A stretch of DNA of 64,000 nt from Dicyema japonicum (GCA_011109175.1 RDEW01000005.1:1546657-1610656), one strand, 5' to 3'. Counted from the stretch's first letter, positions 13,830-25,709 are shown. The notes: generated by a model from the sequence alone, not told the origin. Made by a program: numbers and translations.

Positions 13830-14300
13830 AAGTTAATGATATTAAGAATTTCCAATGTACGTTGATATCCATAGATATCAAGATTGCGACGGCGTCCTCC
13901 AAGGACTGCACATCCTGTAGAACCCATGAGGACAAACGGATCGAGTACGTACCAGAGAAGAGATGGTTTCTTACCGTAGCACTAGTTGACCACATCGAAG
14001 ACGTTGGGACATTTTTAGTTACAGGCCTCCTGGATATACCCCTTCTCAGGCTGTAGAATGCATTATTTATGTCCAATTTGACGAGAATGTGCTTCATGGA
14101 ATTGTCAATATTCCGGTTTTTGAAAATACGGACAGGATGAATTGCAACCTCACATCCGAGATATACGCTAACTCGGACTTGATGGTGACAAGTAACTTTG
14201 ACAATGTAGGAGTAGAACATCTGGAGGCAATCTTGTTGGCTAGCCTCCTGAAAACAAACCAGAACGCAATCGGGTGGAATTAAGAATGTATTCAGTAGAC
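13830..14300 (-). mobile_element. CRE RT fragment with internal deletions
   Basis: GCEVAIHPVRIF, LVKLDINNAFYSLRR, and an IRPIAVG-like segment near 14280. Confidence 0.8.
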
Positions 14301-14499
14301 GGAAAATCTATGTTTCCAGAGGATGGGCTGAAAATGAGCCACTTTTATTGAGTTTGATTAAAGAAAGTATTGATTGGGCATTTTGTGGCCAATTTGAAAA
14401 AAAGCCGAGACAGAAGAAAAAGAAGTACCGAAGCATTTTGCAGGATCACTCTTTAGTCCCATTTGCTTTTGATACGTCGGGAATCTTTGGACCACAAGC

Positions 14500-14612
14500 A
14501 TACGATCTAGCCGGGTAAGCATTGGGTGTCTCCTTAGTAAAGTTGATCCAATGACGCCATCAGAGAGAAGGAAGATAAACCAATTAGCAAATAGCACCAC
14601 AAGTCGCCACTT
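14500..14612 (-). repeat. Degenerate copy of the Vingi-like 5' leader plus pseudoknot motif
   Basis: Minus strand reads GTGGTGCTATTTGCTAATTGG...TGGCGTCATTGGATCAAC...GACACCCA, matching the copies at 19067-19230 and 50345-50465. Confidence 0.6.
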
Positions 14613-15593
14613 GGCAAAATATGATAAATTAAAATTTTTTTAGTTTATTTATGACTAATCATAACCTATGATTAGACATAATCTAATTTATTAAAAGAAT
14701 TAAAATGTAATTATTTTATTCCTGTCGACTTAATTGATGAAGTTTATGTACAGTTTTAAAAAAAGCGGTTGATATTTGTTAGAATCTTTCAAAAAAGTCT
14801 TTTTTTTAAGTAAAAGATTGATTTTCTCAATGTCGTCTCTCACATCAAGTTCAAGAATCTTTCAGCCAAGTGCTGACACGAAACAGCATTATTTTCTTTT
14901 TTATAAATTACATTTTGAGTTATTTTCATGAAAAATAAGTATAGCGTCCAAGAGAAACATTAGAAGACACGTGTTAACAAAAAAAATCTATTTTTTTCTA
15001 ATTTTCATTAAAAATTGTGGACTTTTTAGATAGAAATTTTTTTGTCTTTGGTCCACGGCTATTTTTAAAGAAGACGTCACTCATCAACATGGTTAGGTAA
15101 TAGTTGGAAAAAATTCAATTCAAATATTAAATTAGTCCTATCAGATCTCAATCACATTTTATAAATTTCAGATTAAAACAAACTGCACTTTTTTAATTAA
15201 ATTTTAATTTAAAATTCAACACACTCTAAGCCGGCAAAAATAATTAGTTTATAATTATATCCCTTACAGTTGAATAAAAGTAATAATTATTTTGATAATC
15301 CATATTTTTAAATAATTTTTGAATTCATAAATAGATATTTTCACAAATGAGTTTCTTGTGTGTTCATCAAGTTCACAAAGGAGTGTCAAATAAAGTTTAA
15401 AGTTATGTAATTTAGAAGCTGGATTGTTCCATCCTGCCCAAGCACGGCAAAAAGGATCATGAAAACACAATTAAAGTGAAATGCAGCTGTTTTTAATTGA
15501 CATGCGTTTTCTCTGACAACTTAAAATATCATTATACATATGCACGAAATGTTTCAGTGTGATCACAAAAACATTACAGTTAGCACGAATTGC

Positions 15594-16674
15594 ATGCAAA
15601 AGTAGTATTTTTCTTAAGGTAGACTCAACCAAAGTCCCAGCAAAAGACATAGAGAAAGACTCAACGCCCAACTTCAAATCATGGCCAACAAACTCCCCTT
15701 CAGCAACAAAATCGTTTCAAAACTCGACAAACTCTCAATTCTGAGGCTCATCATTTGCTACATCAAAACCAGACAATTTATATTTTGTATTCTTGCTATA
15801 TATTCAGATTTTGCTGGAAGGCCAAACCGTACGACACGTGTCTCTGACTTTCCCTTCGATTTGGTCGTTTCTGAGGTAGTTTCACGCCATATTTAGTGTC
15901 TCGGGGGATTCATCCTCATTTGCGACGTCTTTGGTTGCATTTATTTCATCTCCAAGTCAGTAAAGGAACATCTTGGATTGATTCAAGTCATAGTGACCTT
16001 TACTTGTAGTTAGAGTTTCTAAACCATAACATTGAGGAATTCATATGTCCCGACTCGATCCTTAGGTTCAGGGACATCGGAAATAACCTTGCTTTTAGCA
16101 CATGTCTGAGATTAAAACTGAATTTCAGGACATTTAATATGGTGGACATGTCCCAGCGGGTATAATTTATGGTGATCACGTTAGACAATATACATGTCGA
16201 CCAAAATAACGGAGAAAATGCCCACAGTAAACTTTGGGAGGAAAGTAATGGCGTTCAGTTGCACAGTAAGGCCTCTTCACCCTTCGACGGATTGTTTATA
16301 CTCGAAGGAGCGAACATTCACCAGCCACCACATGCTAGACCTCACATTCGTGAGTTTGGACGAAGTGTAGCTCATTTGCTTATTTGTAGTGGAATGGGTG
16401 TCTTCCATATGTCAGATCGGGATTTGAAGGCCAACATCAGCTTTTACTCAATCGTCCATCCCCTAGATGTCCAATATGTTTCATCCCTCCACTCCTACTG
16501 TTGGTCCTTTATTAATGCCTAGTGTTTCATACTAATCAGGTTGTCATGGAGAAGTACAGAGTAGTGATTCCAGGGCAGTCGACTGTTTGGCTGCGATCCA
16601 TGTCGAAGGTCGTTTATGATAAATTTGAAAATTATTTTATATTATTTTTACATGAAATAATTCAAATTACTTAA
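15594..16674 (+). CDS. AHR: Aryl hydrocarbon receptor / spineless-like bHLH-PAS protein, about 7 introns of 21-25 nt
   Basis: Spliced SPSKRHRERLNAQL...LPFSNKIVSKLDKLSILRL (AhR-type bHLH), PAS-A CLGGFILICDVFGCIYFIS, PAS-B FTSHHMLDLTF...VHPLDV...KYRV...VWLRS. Exact start codon is less certain. Confidence 0.85.
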
Positions 16675-17419
16675 TATAATAATTTAATTTTACTATTTTT
16701 ATTTTAAGTGGTGACAGGTTTGTGCTTGTAGTAATTATCAGCAACTGCACGTGGATTTTAATGAGTTTTAATTATCTTGTATTTTCGTCAACCTCTTCTA
16801 CATTCCTTTGTTAAAGGGAAGATAGAGGTTTTTGTTACAAATCAATGCCTTTGAAGACTTAGATTGTCGTTAGGAATTATGTTAGGATAATTATCACTTC
16901 AAAGGCCCAATTATAAATATAAAAACTGTTTATTTTATTTATTTTAATAATATTGTTTCAAAGTATCGATTTTGTGTATAATGTAATTTTCTAAAAAAAT
17001 ATTGAGAAGGTAGTCTCGCAATAGTACAGTGGCATTAACAAGTAAAGTATTTGGTAGTCGGTTAGTATGGGAGAGAGGTCGATGATTACATTTGCAGGTT
17101 GTTTATCCCAAGCACGTAAAAACTTGACTGATGAAGTTATAAAGAACAATTTTTTAAAGGGAATAAATTGTTAGTGAACAAAATTGATTTTTTAAAGAAT
17201 GATTCGTGACAATTAAATATTTTAAATTTTCGAAATTAGTTTTTAAAATGATAGAAAATTATTAACTTTAATTTTTTGTTCTTAGATAGGATCATAAATC
17301 ACTCTCCTCTCAGGCATTACACACACTTTATTTCAGTAAAAAACAGTTATTATAACTAATCGATGAGGAGAACCAGGAATGCTTTTCACTTCTTTTTTCT
17401 TTTTATTAAGAATGAGTTC

Positions 17420-17588
17420 TTTTGTAAACGATCCTGTTCCGCAGTGAGATGTTCACTGATGGCGGCGTCACTCATCAAGCCAAAGCATCGTAGATGCGTG
17501 GAACCTCAACCAAAATGTACACAGCATAGGGATTCAAACTAGGACATCATGTCTCTTCCCGGCACTCATTACAATGCGCCACCAGGCT
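17420..17588 (-). mobile_element. tRNA-derived SINE, copy 1
   Basis: A box TGGCGCATTG, B box AGTTTGAATCCC; body homologous to 20351-20518. Confidence 0.75.
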
Positions 17589-17599
17589 ATAAATCTTCT

Positions 17600-17800
17600 G
17601 TTGGTGATAACAGATACTTGTTCTGTTCCATTAAATTTGTTAGTATTGCTATATGCAGATTTTTTGGCTTCTCTAATTTATGCTCTTGAGTCGTCTAGGG
17701 AATCGGATCGCTACACGAAAAGGAGACCCTCGTGAGCGCTGCTGGTTATTTGAGCGAATCTCGCTCGCTATCCTGAGAGAGAATAGCCACTCAGTCAGCC
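17600..17800 (+). mobile_element. CRE 3' tail fragment
   Basis: LGNRIATRKGDPRERCWLFERISLAILRENS. Confidence 0.8.
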
Positions 17801-18882
17801 AGCTTCTATATAACCGTTACTCTATTTTCTTTCTTCAATCAAATTTTTGTTCTCAAAAAAATTTATGCTAATTCTTATCTCGACTGGTATTAATTGGAAG
17901 GTTGAACTGATGGCATAGGTCTACACGTAATGTCTTTATCTCTCAATATGTATGTAAACCCTCGTCCTTTTCTTAGTTGAATCAGAAAGTTTTGAAATAA
18001 GGAAACATTGGATTCACTCCTTTCTGGGTTCGATTCTCGTCTGGCAAAAATTTGTTAGAACTCAGAGATAAACTAAAAAAAGTAATCAACGGATCAAATA
18101 AACTTGATTTCATTAAACATCCTTACTTTTCTTGAAGAAACTTGTCGCGAATGGTTAGTTCTGCCGCGATTATCATTGGATTGATTTTACGCCATTACCT
18201 ACTTGGTATGAGCATTCCATTTGCTCTATGGTTTCTTTAAATTCCAAGAGGCGGCAGTTGATCCGCCTATCTCAGGCAACGTCCAATGTTTGGTTAGCAA
18301 CAAAAAGGATATCTATGCTACTCTACTGGAGGGGTTCTCATAATATATGGGTGGACGTGCTGTTTCGACATGAAGTGTGTTTCGTTCCAACAGTGGAAAT
18401 TAGATATACCTTAATTAGATATTAATTTCTCAACCTCTTCCCGATAAATCCTGATGGATTATTAAATGACTTCTCTTATAAGTCTTGCGATTGATTTTAT
18501 GTGATATTCCATATTTTGTAAGTCACCAGGAAAAATCGTTAATTTATTATGCAATTTATACAACCTGTCCATTATTGTGCCGGTCACATAGTAAGAATTT
18601 TTTCAATTTTCAAAATTAGGACATTATCTGATACCCATTCTTAAGAGAGCTGATGGACCCATTAAAGTTGATGAGGTTGTAGTAATAGTATCGTATGTTC
18701 GTAACAACAACAGGACTGCCACCAGTAGTAATGTTTCAATAAATTAAACTTCAGCTTAGGCAGAACTTACACTTTATTTAAAAAAAGCAGTCATTCGTAA
18801 CTTCATATTAAATGAAAATTGAGAAAACAGAATTCAATTAAAATCAACTAAAGAGATATCAGTGTACTGTTTAGATTTTTAT

Positions 18883-19230
18883 TATTAACCCCGGGTACAC
18901 AGAGAAAGTTAACAGTTAACAACTAATTAAGTGTATTCAGTTTCCACTGTCACAGAAACAGAGTCCTTCAACGTTACAGAATTCTATCCGGAACTAGCAC
19001 AAAAAGTAAATGACATCCATTCCTTGCAGTTGTGGAAACCCCTCCAGTTAAGTTGGGGAGAGCAAATGATCCTTTTTCGTGCCAGCCTGTCACTGGGCGC
19101 CATCTGAGATAGGTGGATCAAATGAAGCCACTATAGCAGGAAAGGGAAAAGGAGGAACATACAAAGTAAACTGAAATCTTCAGCCAATCAACCACATAGC
19201 ACCACATGGGGCCACGTGGACGAATTTTAA
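18883..19230 (-). mobile_element. Non-autonomous bipartite derivative of the Vingi-like LINE (5' leader, pseudoknot motif at 19067-19130, LINE 3' UTR)
   Basis: Colinear with 55448-55760; its 3' part matches the LINE 3' end at 32905-32978. Confidence 0.8.
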
Positions 19231-19399
19231 AAGCACTGTTTAAAGAAATGAAAACATTTAGATAAAATAAATGACATGAAACTCGATATTTTCTGGGTGT
19301 CTACCATTTCAAACTAAGCATCTTATTATAGTCTTTAATTAGTTAGTTACTTACCCTGACCCTACTAATATGTGGGTTCCGTACCCAGAGCGCACAGTT

Positions 19400-19670
19400 A
19401 TGCAAATTATCTTTTTCTTGAGTGAATTGATCTTTGTTCTATTGGAAGCGGATAGACTGAAGGCCCAAGATACCCAAGTGTACTCGACAGTATGTTTCAG
19501 GAACTAGATAGAGGTTATAACTGAGCATTCCTCCGACACTGGAGAGAAATGCGTCCGTCTTCTCTCCAACAACCCTGGAGGTCTCCATCGTAAAGTGGGA
19601 TGAAATTATAGTTATCGCTGAGGGATTTATACTTTTGGATTTTCCCAGCCTCCGCCTTGTCCTTCTTTTT
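19400..19670 (-). mobile_element. CRE 3' fragment
   Basis: KIQKYKSLSDNYNFIP..METS..VG on the minus strand. Confidence 0.6.
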
Positions 19671-20350
19671 TAACACAAATAAAATATTTTATTTTACCTT
19701 TTCCTCTAAAGCCTAATCTTTCACTACATAAACACCTTCAGTTGATCTCTATTACTATTGGGAGAGGTCGAGTGGATAAATAGTTTAACATGACAAATTC
19801 TGACCATATTATGAGAGAAACACGTGTGAATTCAAACATGAAGTTATCCGGCTACAAGGCCCTAGTAGAATAATTCATCATTACGATGATATGACGGGGT
19901 TGATTATAACGGGAGAGCATAAGTCTCATCTCCGTTTGAACTATTCACCCACAACTCTTTTATTCGAATTCCCCGTAATGCTCACATAACTTAGTTTTTC
20001 TTATATTTCACCATGTTTGTCTCCCAGTTGACTACAGTTTCTGATTTTTCATAATTTTTAATTCTTTTTTCCATAAAGCGTGGTTTCTCAGGTCATTAAA
20101 GCATACATGCTCCGGTACCATTGACACGCAGTTCACTTTTGGCCGTTGTGGCATTAACCCTGTAGTTTCAAGTAAACTCGAGGCTGAAGGCTCACTTATC
20201 CATAACCCCCATGTTTAAGTTTCAAAGGGGAACAATAATTTTCACCTCAATATTCCGCCAATTGTCAGCTGAATAAATAATAAAAATAAATGACTTTCTG
20301 TGTCCACTTTTGCATTTTTAACGGTCCTTTGATTTTATTATTTATTTATT

Positions 20351-20518
20351 AGAGCGCAGTGTAACGAGTGCCGGACAAGAGGCTTGATGACCCCTGGATC
20401 GAATCCCGTTGATGTAGATTTCAGTTGAAGGTTCCACGCATCTACGTTTCTTTGACTTGGCGAATAACGCCGTCATCAGTGAACATTTCACTGCGGGACA
20501 GGATCGTCTATAAAAAAC
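20351..20518 (+). mobile_element. tRNA-derived SINE, copy 2
   Basis: GAGCGCAGTGTAA (A box), GGATCGAATCCC (B box), CAGTGA/TCACTG hairpin, A-rich end. Confidence 0.75.
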
Positions 20519-21024
20519 ATACCCCCAACAAAAAGAAAAAAGAAGTGAAGGGCATTCATTGGTTCTCCACTACGATTAGTTATCATTACTGATTTTCACT
20601 TCAACAAAGTGTGTCCTGATGAGCGGAGCTGTAGCTTATATAAATCTGTGTATAAGTGTAGTTTTAAATTTATTTAAAAATCCGGATCACCGAGTAAGAA
20701 ATACAGAAAAAAACGTCAGACAGTTAGGTAATCCCATTTCCCGCAATCAATCGAGCCATCCAAAAAACCTCTTATCAAAACAATCAAGGGACAAAGTACT
20801 ACTTAGGTTTAAATTGGCTTCCATTTGACTTAAATTATGAAAATCACAAACATGAGAAGATTCATTTCAGTGTTCTTGTAAGCTGCAGAATATCTATAAA
20901 TCTGAGATAAATCAGTAAACAGTTTGACTTCAAAATGATCGACAACCTCACGACAGGACATTCATGGTGATCAGGAATTAATAAAGAGGGAATCAATTGA
21001 TGGATTCCGGGATAAAGGAGGGTC

Positions 21025-21205
21025 CTCAACAAACTAAGTGATCCCAGTATCCTTGGATAGTAAACCCATCCTTTCCAAACATCGTGTCCATTCATATTTC
21101 CAATTGTGGGAACCCCTCCAGTAAAACAGGAAAGAGAGAAAACTTTTCTAATAACGACCGGGCACTGTGCGTCTCCTTGGACCGGCGGATCAATGAAACC
21201 TCTGG
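21025..21205 (-). mobile_element. Degenerate bipartite Vingi-like derivative
   Basis: Decayed pseudoknot (ATTGATCCGCC...GACGCACAGTGCCC) joined to the LINE end GGGATCACTTAGTTTG. Confidence 0.6.
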
Positions 21206-21419
21206 ATTTAATTTCATTATTAATCGAGTGTTAAAAAACCGGAAGCTGGAATTTATTTATTAACCCCAGTCTTAAATTTTTTTGTAAGTCCTGCACAAAT
21301 AGTCATGATTTATTAATAGGGCGAATTTTTTTTAATTTAAAAAATAAAAAATTTTAACCGAAAAATTAACTTTATTAACCTAAAACTAAAAAAATTAACC
21401 TAAAAATTTAACTAAACAA

Positions 21420-22910
21420 TTACAAACACTAAAACTGTTTGTTACACATACAAATTACATAATTTTCTAAATTTTCTTGTAGAAAATTTCGGTTGGATCT
21501 TAGAAAACTCTTTATTTGAGAGAAAATTCTTTCAACCGAGCACGAGGTCGGCTGACAATTCAGGAGTAATGAATACTCGGCAGGAGATATTTTTAAATTA
21601 GTCATTTTTATTATTGTCGAAATATCATTTTTTAAAGCCTTTTAATTATGTATTCTTTGATATATTTGTTGTCATTTCCAAATTCCAACGATTCTAAACA
21701 ATCATATGCCTGTTCAATTGTGAAGCGCGTACTTTCGTAATAACATCTTCAATAGCGATATTACTCTGAAACCTGGAATTTTTGAATAACTTCGGATAAG
21801 GTCACATAGACTGCTCACTAACACATGGTTTTGAAGACTTTCTTTGGCTATTCAAACTAGATATCTATCATCCCCGAATGATTCAAAAATATTTTATAAT
21901 CCGATCAGATTTTCTGAATAGTAAGTAGCGGCCTTAAACCAACTCCCCCATCTTGTCAAATGCGCACGAGGTAGAATGGCGATGTTTCTGTCTTTGAATA
22001 TTAGTTTTCTTATATTGTTCTTGTTAATTGCTGCTTGTACAGTAGTTATCATCAAATCAATTTCCGGACAAGAGTCTCTATTTTCTCACAACAATTGTGT
22101 AATAGATGAACGGCACATGTGACTTGGAATAACTTGGGGTAAAGATTTTTAAGTATTTTGCCAGCTAAAATATAAAATTTTTCATATAATTTGCAGCATC
22201 CAAAATTAACAAAAGGAAATTATCCCTTTGAACCAAATTATTTCCAAGTGCATCATCGACATCTGAGTATGATGTTCTTGTTAGGAGCAGATTCTATCGC
22301 CTTAAACGATAACAGATATGTTGTTTCAGGAGAATTTAACGATCCAATCATCACAGCAACGTATCTTTGACCCCGGATTTTCGTTTCATCCGTATTAGCA
22401 AAAACTTTTTGATTGCTTCAAAATAAAGTAAATTTTTATACACAAGTTTTTGTTGAATTAACAATTTTTGATCCATTATGATTTGATCCAAACAGCTTTT
22501 AGCTTTTGATGGTGAGGGAACTCGTATAGAGCCTCCGTAGAAGCAATTCTCTAAGCCATGGTATAGATAGTTTGTTTAGTAGAATATCAGATTTTATAAG
22601 TGCTCTGGTGACTTGTAGATCCCAATCATCAATTTTGGAATATTGGTCAATGTGTGTTTGGTGCGATTTGGTCAGATAATCTACAAAAAATAATTGTTAT
22701 TTTCCAAAACTCAATGAATTTTGATGTTTTTGTGAGGCTCGATGGGAATTTACAAAATGCCTTTTCTCGCATTTTATATTGCACAAACAGAGTCGCACCA
22801 TTCTCAATAATCATAAATTCTTTAGGATAATCCTTTACAATAGGCTTAGCTTTAATTTGGTACAATTTTGCTATCTTAGGCATGTCAGCCAAAAATTTTA
22901 GTGGCAAAAT
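21420..22910 (-). mobile_element. Degenerate hAT-superfamily transposase (CGGBP1/DUF659-like)
   Basis: DAANYM, LYPKLFQVTCAVHLLH, CQPTSCSVERIFSQIK...NFLQENL. Confidence 0.7.
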
Positions 22911-23031
22911 ATATTATTAATAGTTAATTTAAAAAATTAATTAATTAAATCAAAAATTTTAAATTTTAACTTTTTAATTTAATAATTTTGTTTAATATAT
23001 TTTAACGAAACAACGAGTCACAAGTAATTAA

Positions 23032-25350
23032 TTAATTAGCTAATCTCCTCTTCTTGGGGCCAACGTCAATTGTCAGTATAGGTGTGTTTTCGTTGTCGCA
23101 CAACCCACATTCCGAGACTCCCCTAGGTCGACATTCCTTATCAGCTTCCTCCTCATCAGGTATCGATACTCCATGTCTATCTTCAGCTTGCATGCTCTCC
23201 AACGTCTTTCTCAATACTAACGTTTGGATGTACGCTTTCACCCTTTCCTCCAGTTTGAGGGCATCCAGATGGCCCTTGAAGAATCTCGAAACAATCCCAT
23301 CCCAGGTAATGACTACAGGGATTATTTTTACCTTTGCGCGATGAATACATCCGAGTTCGTTCGCCAGTAAGTCATACTTATGGAACTTTTCCACCTCGAC
23401 TTGCTTGAGGCAGTTTTGGGACGTGATCCCAATTTCAACGAGAGTAATCGTATTACGCACCTTATCATGAACGAAAATATCGGGTTTGTTATTCTGTACA
23501 GCCGTATCTGTACTAATCGTTGTGTCTACACGAATCTCCACAAATTCATTTGAGACAACAGATTGGACTGAGTGGGTCTTCAGTTTCTTAGTTTTTCTTA
23601 TTCCATATTGACGGCAGAGGTGTAAGTGAATACATCTGACCACCTCGTTATGCCGCCTGAGATACGAGCTATTCAGCATTCTCCCACATCTAGTTGCAAG
23701 GTGATCAACGGTCTTCTTTCCTGAGTTACAATGTTTGCACTTGGCTTCTCCATTATCAAAAAACATGTTACGATCCTGAAGCAGACACAGCCTTCCTTCG
23801 GTTACAGGAGAATGATTTCCATGAACTAACCACCCTGAGGATTCAGCAATATTCACTTCGGTATCTTTCAGACACTCAAATAGAATAGAGTGCAGCGGTT
23901 TCTCTTCAATTTTTCCCAGTAGATATTCATGTTGTATTTCCATCAATTTCAACATTGTCAAATCCTTCACATTTTCAATGTTGTACTTTCTTGAGATGAA
24001 TTCTACGATAGTGGCCATGTGTATTTTCTTTGAATTAATGACCCGTAGAATTCCCGCTCTTCTTAGGCAGTAATTTGCCTTATGTTCCAAATCACTATAA
24101 AATTGGAGGAGCATTCTTTCTGCTTTGTTACTGACTGACTCGAGGCCTCTTCCAAATTTATTTCTTGGTAGATAAAGTCTTTCTTTGTTTGCCGGTTGCA
24201 AGTGGATATGACTGTCCATAAGAATTCTGCGAATATTTTTATCAATCTGTTCAAACTCTCCAGGTTCGATATCAATCAATCCAATGTAATAGTTGTAAAG
24301 GGAGATTGCATACTCATTCATAGCTTTAAACAGGTTCACTGAGTTTAAATCCGTCTTCGTCAAATTTTTGATCCGCTTAGATACTTCTCCATAGATTTTA
24401 TTCATAATTTCTCCTTTAAGAACATTGCTGTTCTTATCTTCAAGAACTCCCAAATATCGGTATCCATCCAATCCATCAAGGAAACGAGCTTTCCCAGACA
24501 AGGACTTGACATTTGTTGCAGATTTGTCAAAGTTCCTCTCCAACCCGGCTGCATCAAAAAACGAATCAACTTCTTCCATCATCATAACCATTGAATCACT
24601 TTTGTGAGAAAACAACTTTATATCGTCCATAAACAGAAGGTGATTAGTGGCATATGTTGGCTCTCCATTTCCCGGGCTTCCCATAGTTACTTTAGGAAAT
24701 TTTCCATTCAATATTCGGCTAAGGGGGTCCATTAACAAAGCAAAGATCTGTGGCGAAAGAGAGTCCCCCTGTAGAATTCCTCTTCTTATTCTAATCTCCC
24801 CCAACACTTTTCCTTCCAAATTCAGTCGTATCTTCCATTTCCCAACAAGTTTCGTGATAAAACTCACAATCCAGAAAGGCAGGCCAGAATTCTGGAGCAC
24901 TTCGCCCAAAAACTCGTGGTCAACGGAATCAAATGCTTTTTTAACATCGATCCAGGTAGAACATAAGTTACTTCCATTTCTTTGATTTAAATATTGGTTC
25001 ACCAAAGCTTGTTCTTTGGCTCCTTGACACATCCTCCGAGTTCCCAATTGATTATCACTTAAGAGATCGTACGATTCAATATATTCAGATAATTTCTTGT
25101 TCACACACTTTGTCAATAGTTTATAGAGATTAGGCATACAAGTAATTGGTCTTAACTCCTTGGGTGAATTACATACGTCCACTTTTGGTATAAGATGTGT
25201 TATCCCCGTGTAGAACCAATCACCAGGCGTATATTCATCATTTATGATCTTCTGAATCTCCTCGCAAAGATGTTCATGAATCGAAGTAAAACTTTTGATA
25301 AAGAAGTTATAAACTCCGTCGCACCCAGACGCTTTCCAATTTGGAAGCAT
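23032..25350 (-). CDS. R4/Dong-clade non-LTR retrotransposon ORF (RT, CCHC finger, PD-(D/E)xK endonuclease), uninterrupted, 5'-truncated
   Basis: 772-aa ORF: LRPITCMPNLYKLLT, WIDVKKAFDSV, GILQGDSLSP, LFMDDIKL, YRYLG, CKHC...HLATRC, KPDI...EIGIT...KYD. In-frame upstream stop at 25432-25434. Confidence 0.93.
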   Translation of the reverse strand: MLPNWKASGCDGVYNFFIKSFTSIHEHLCEEIQKIINDEYTPGDWFYTGITHLIPKVDVCNSPKELRPITCMPNLYKLLTKCVNKKLSEYIESYDLLSDNQLGTRRMCQGAKEQALVNQYLNQRNGSNLCSTWIDVKKAFDSVDHEFLGEVLQNSGLPFWIVSFITKLVGKWKIRLNLEGKVLGEIRIRRGILQGDSLSPQIFALLMDPLSRILNGKFPKVTMGSPGNGEPTYATNHLLFMDDIKLFSHKSDSMVMMMEEVDSFFDAAGLERNFDKSATNVKSLSGKARFLDGLDGYRYLGVLEDKNSNVLKGEIMNKIYGEVSKRIKNLTKTDLNSVNLFKAMNEYAISLYNYYIGLIDIEPGEFEQIDKNIRRILMDSHIHLQPANKERLYLPRNKFGRGLESVSNKAERMLLQFYSDLEHKANYCLRRAGILRVINSKKIHMATIVEFISRKYNIENVKDLTMLKLMEIQHEYLLGKIEEKPLHSILFECLKDTEVNIAESSGWLVHGNHSPVTEGRLCLLQDRNMFFDNGEAKCKHCNSGKKTVDHLATRCGRMLNSSYLRRHNEVVRCIHLHLCRQYGIRKTKKLKTHSVQSVVSNEFVEIRVDTTISTDTAVQNNKPDIFVHDKVRNTITLVEIGITSQNCLKQVEVEKFHKYDLLANELGCIHRAKVKIIPVVITWDGIVSRFFKGHLDALKLEERVKAYIQTLVLRKTLESMQAEDRHGVSIPDEEEADKECRPRGVSECGLCDNENTPILTIDVGPKKRRLAN

Positions 25351-25709
25351 CTTGATAGTATCGACGATCGCTTCCTTTGTAAAATCGGCTCCAAAGACGG
25401 TGGAGGAAGTAGATCCGCCCTCTCTATTTTCCTACTGTAGCGGACTTGATCCTTAAAGCGGAAGAGTTTTGATAATGTAAGTTCTTCACCCTGACCGATT
25501 GGGAAAATTGATTTATTTAACATTAACGTGAAATTAATTATTAAAATAATAGTCAATAATATTTATTGAATTATTACATAATAATTCATTGTCTGAGTTG
25601 ATTAATTAAAGCTTCTTATGTGCTCCCTAAAAGTCCTCCTATATTGTTCCAACTTTCAGTTAGTCAACCATTTCTTCTTTGATGCATCTAAATAGATATT
25701 TTTGAATAT

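Noticed and set aside
18000-18790. Possible secreted-protein paralogue of the hydrophobic ORF at 37194-37427
   Set aside because: Similarity is limited to a leucine-rich stretch, and neither frame has an ATG.
18883-18900. TTAACCC read as a piggyBac terminus (also at 55450)
   Set aside because: No matching opposite end; it is the reverse complement of the LINE-type 3' tail.
17588-20351. Composite transposon bounded by the two inverted SINE copies
   Set aside because: The copies are clearly diverged and no flanking TSD was seen; independent insertions suffice.
20616-20660. Hammerhead ribozyme cores (CTGATGA at about 17128, 20616, 39456 and 61895)
   Set aside because: No properly placed stem II plus GAAA and stem III.
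25350-25560. 5' ribozyme for the intact R4/Dong element
   Set aside because: Only simple hairpins; no P1/P2/P3 pseudoknot pairing found.
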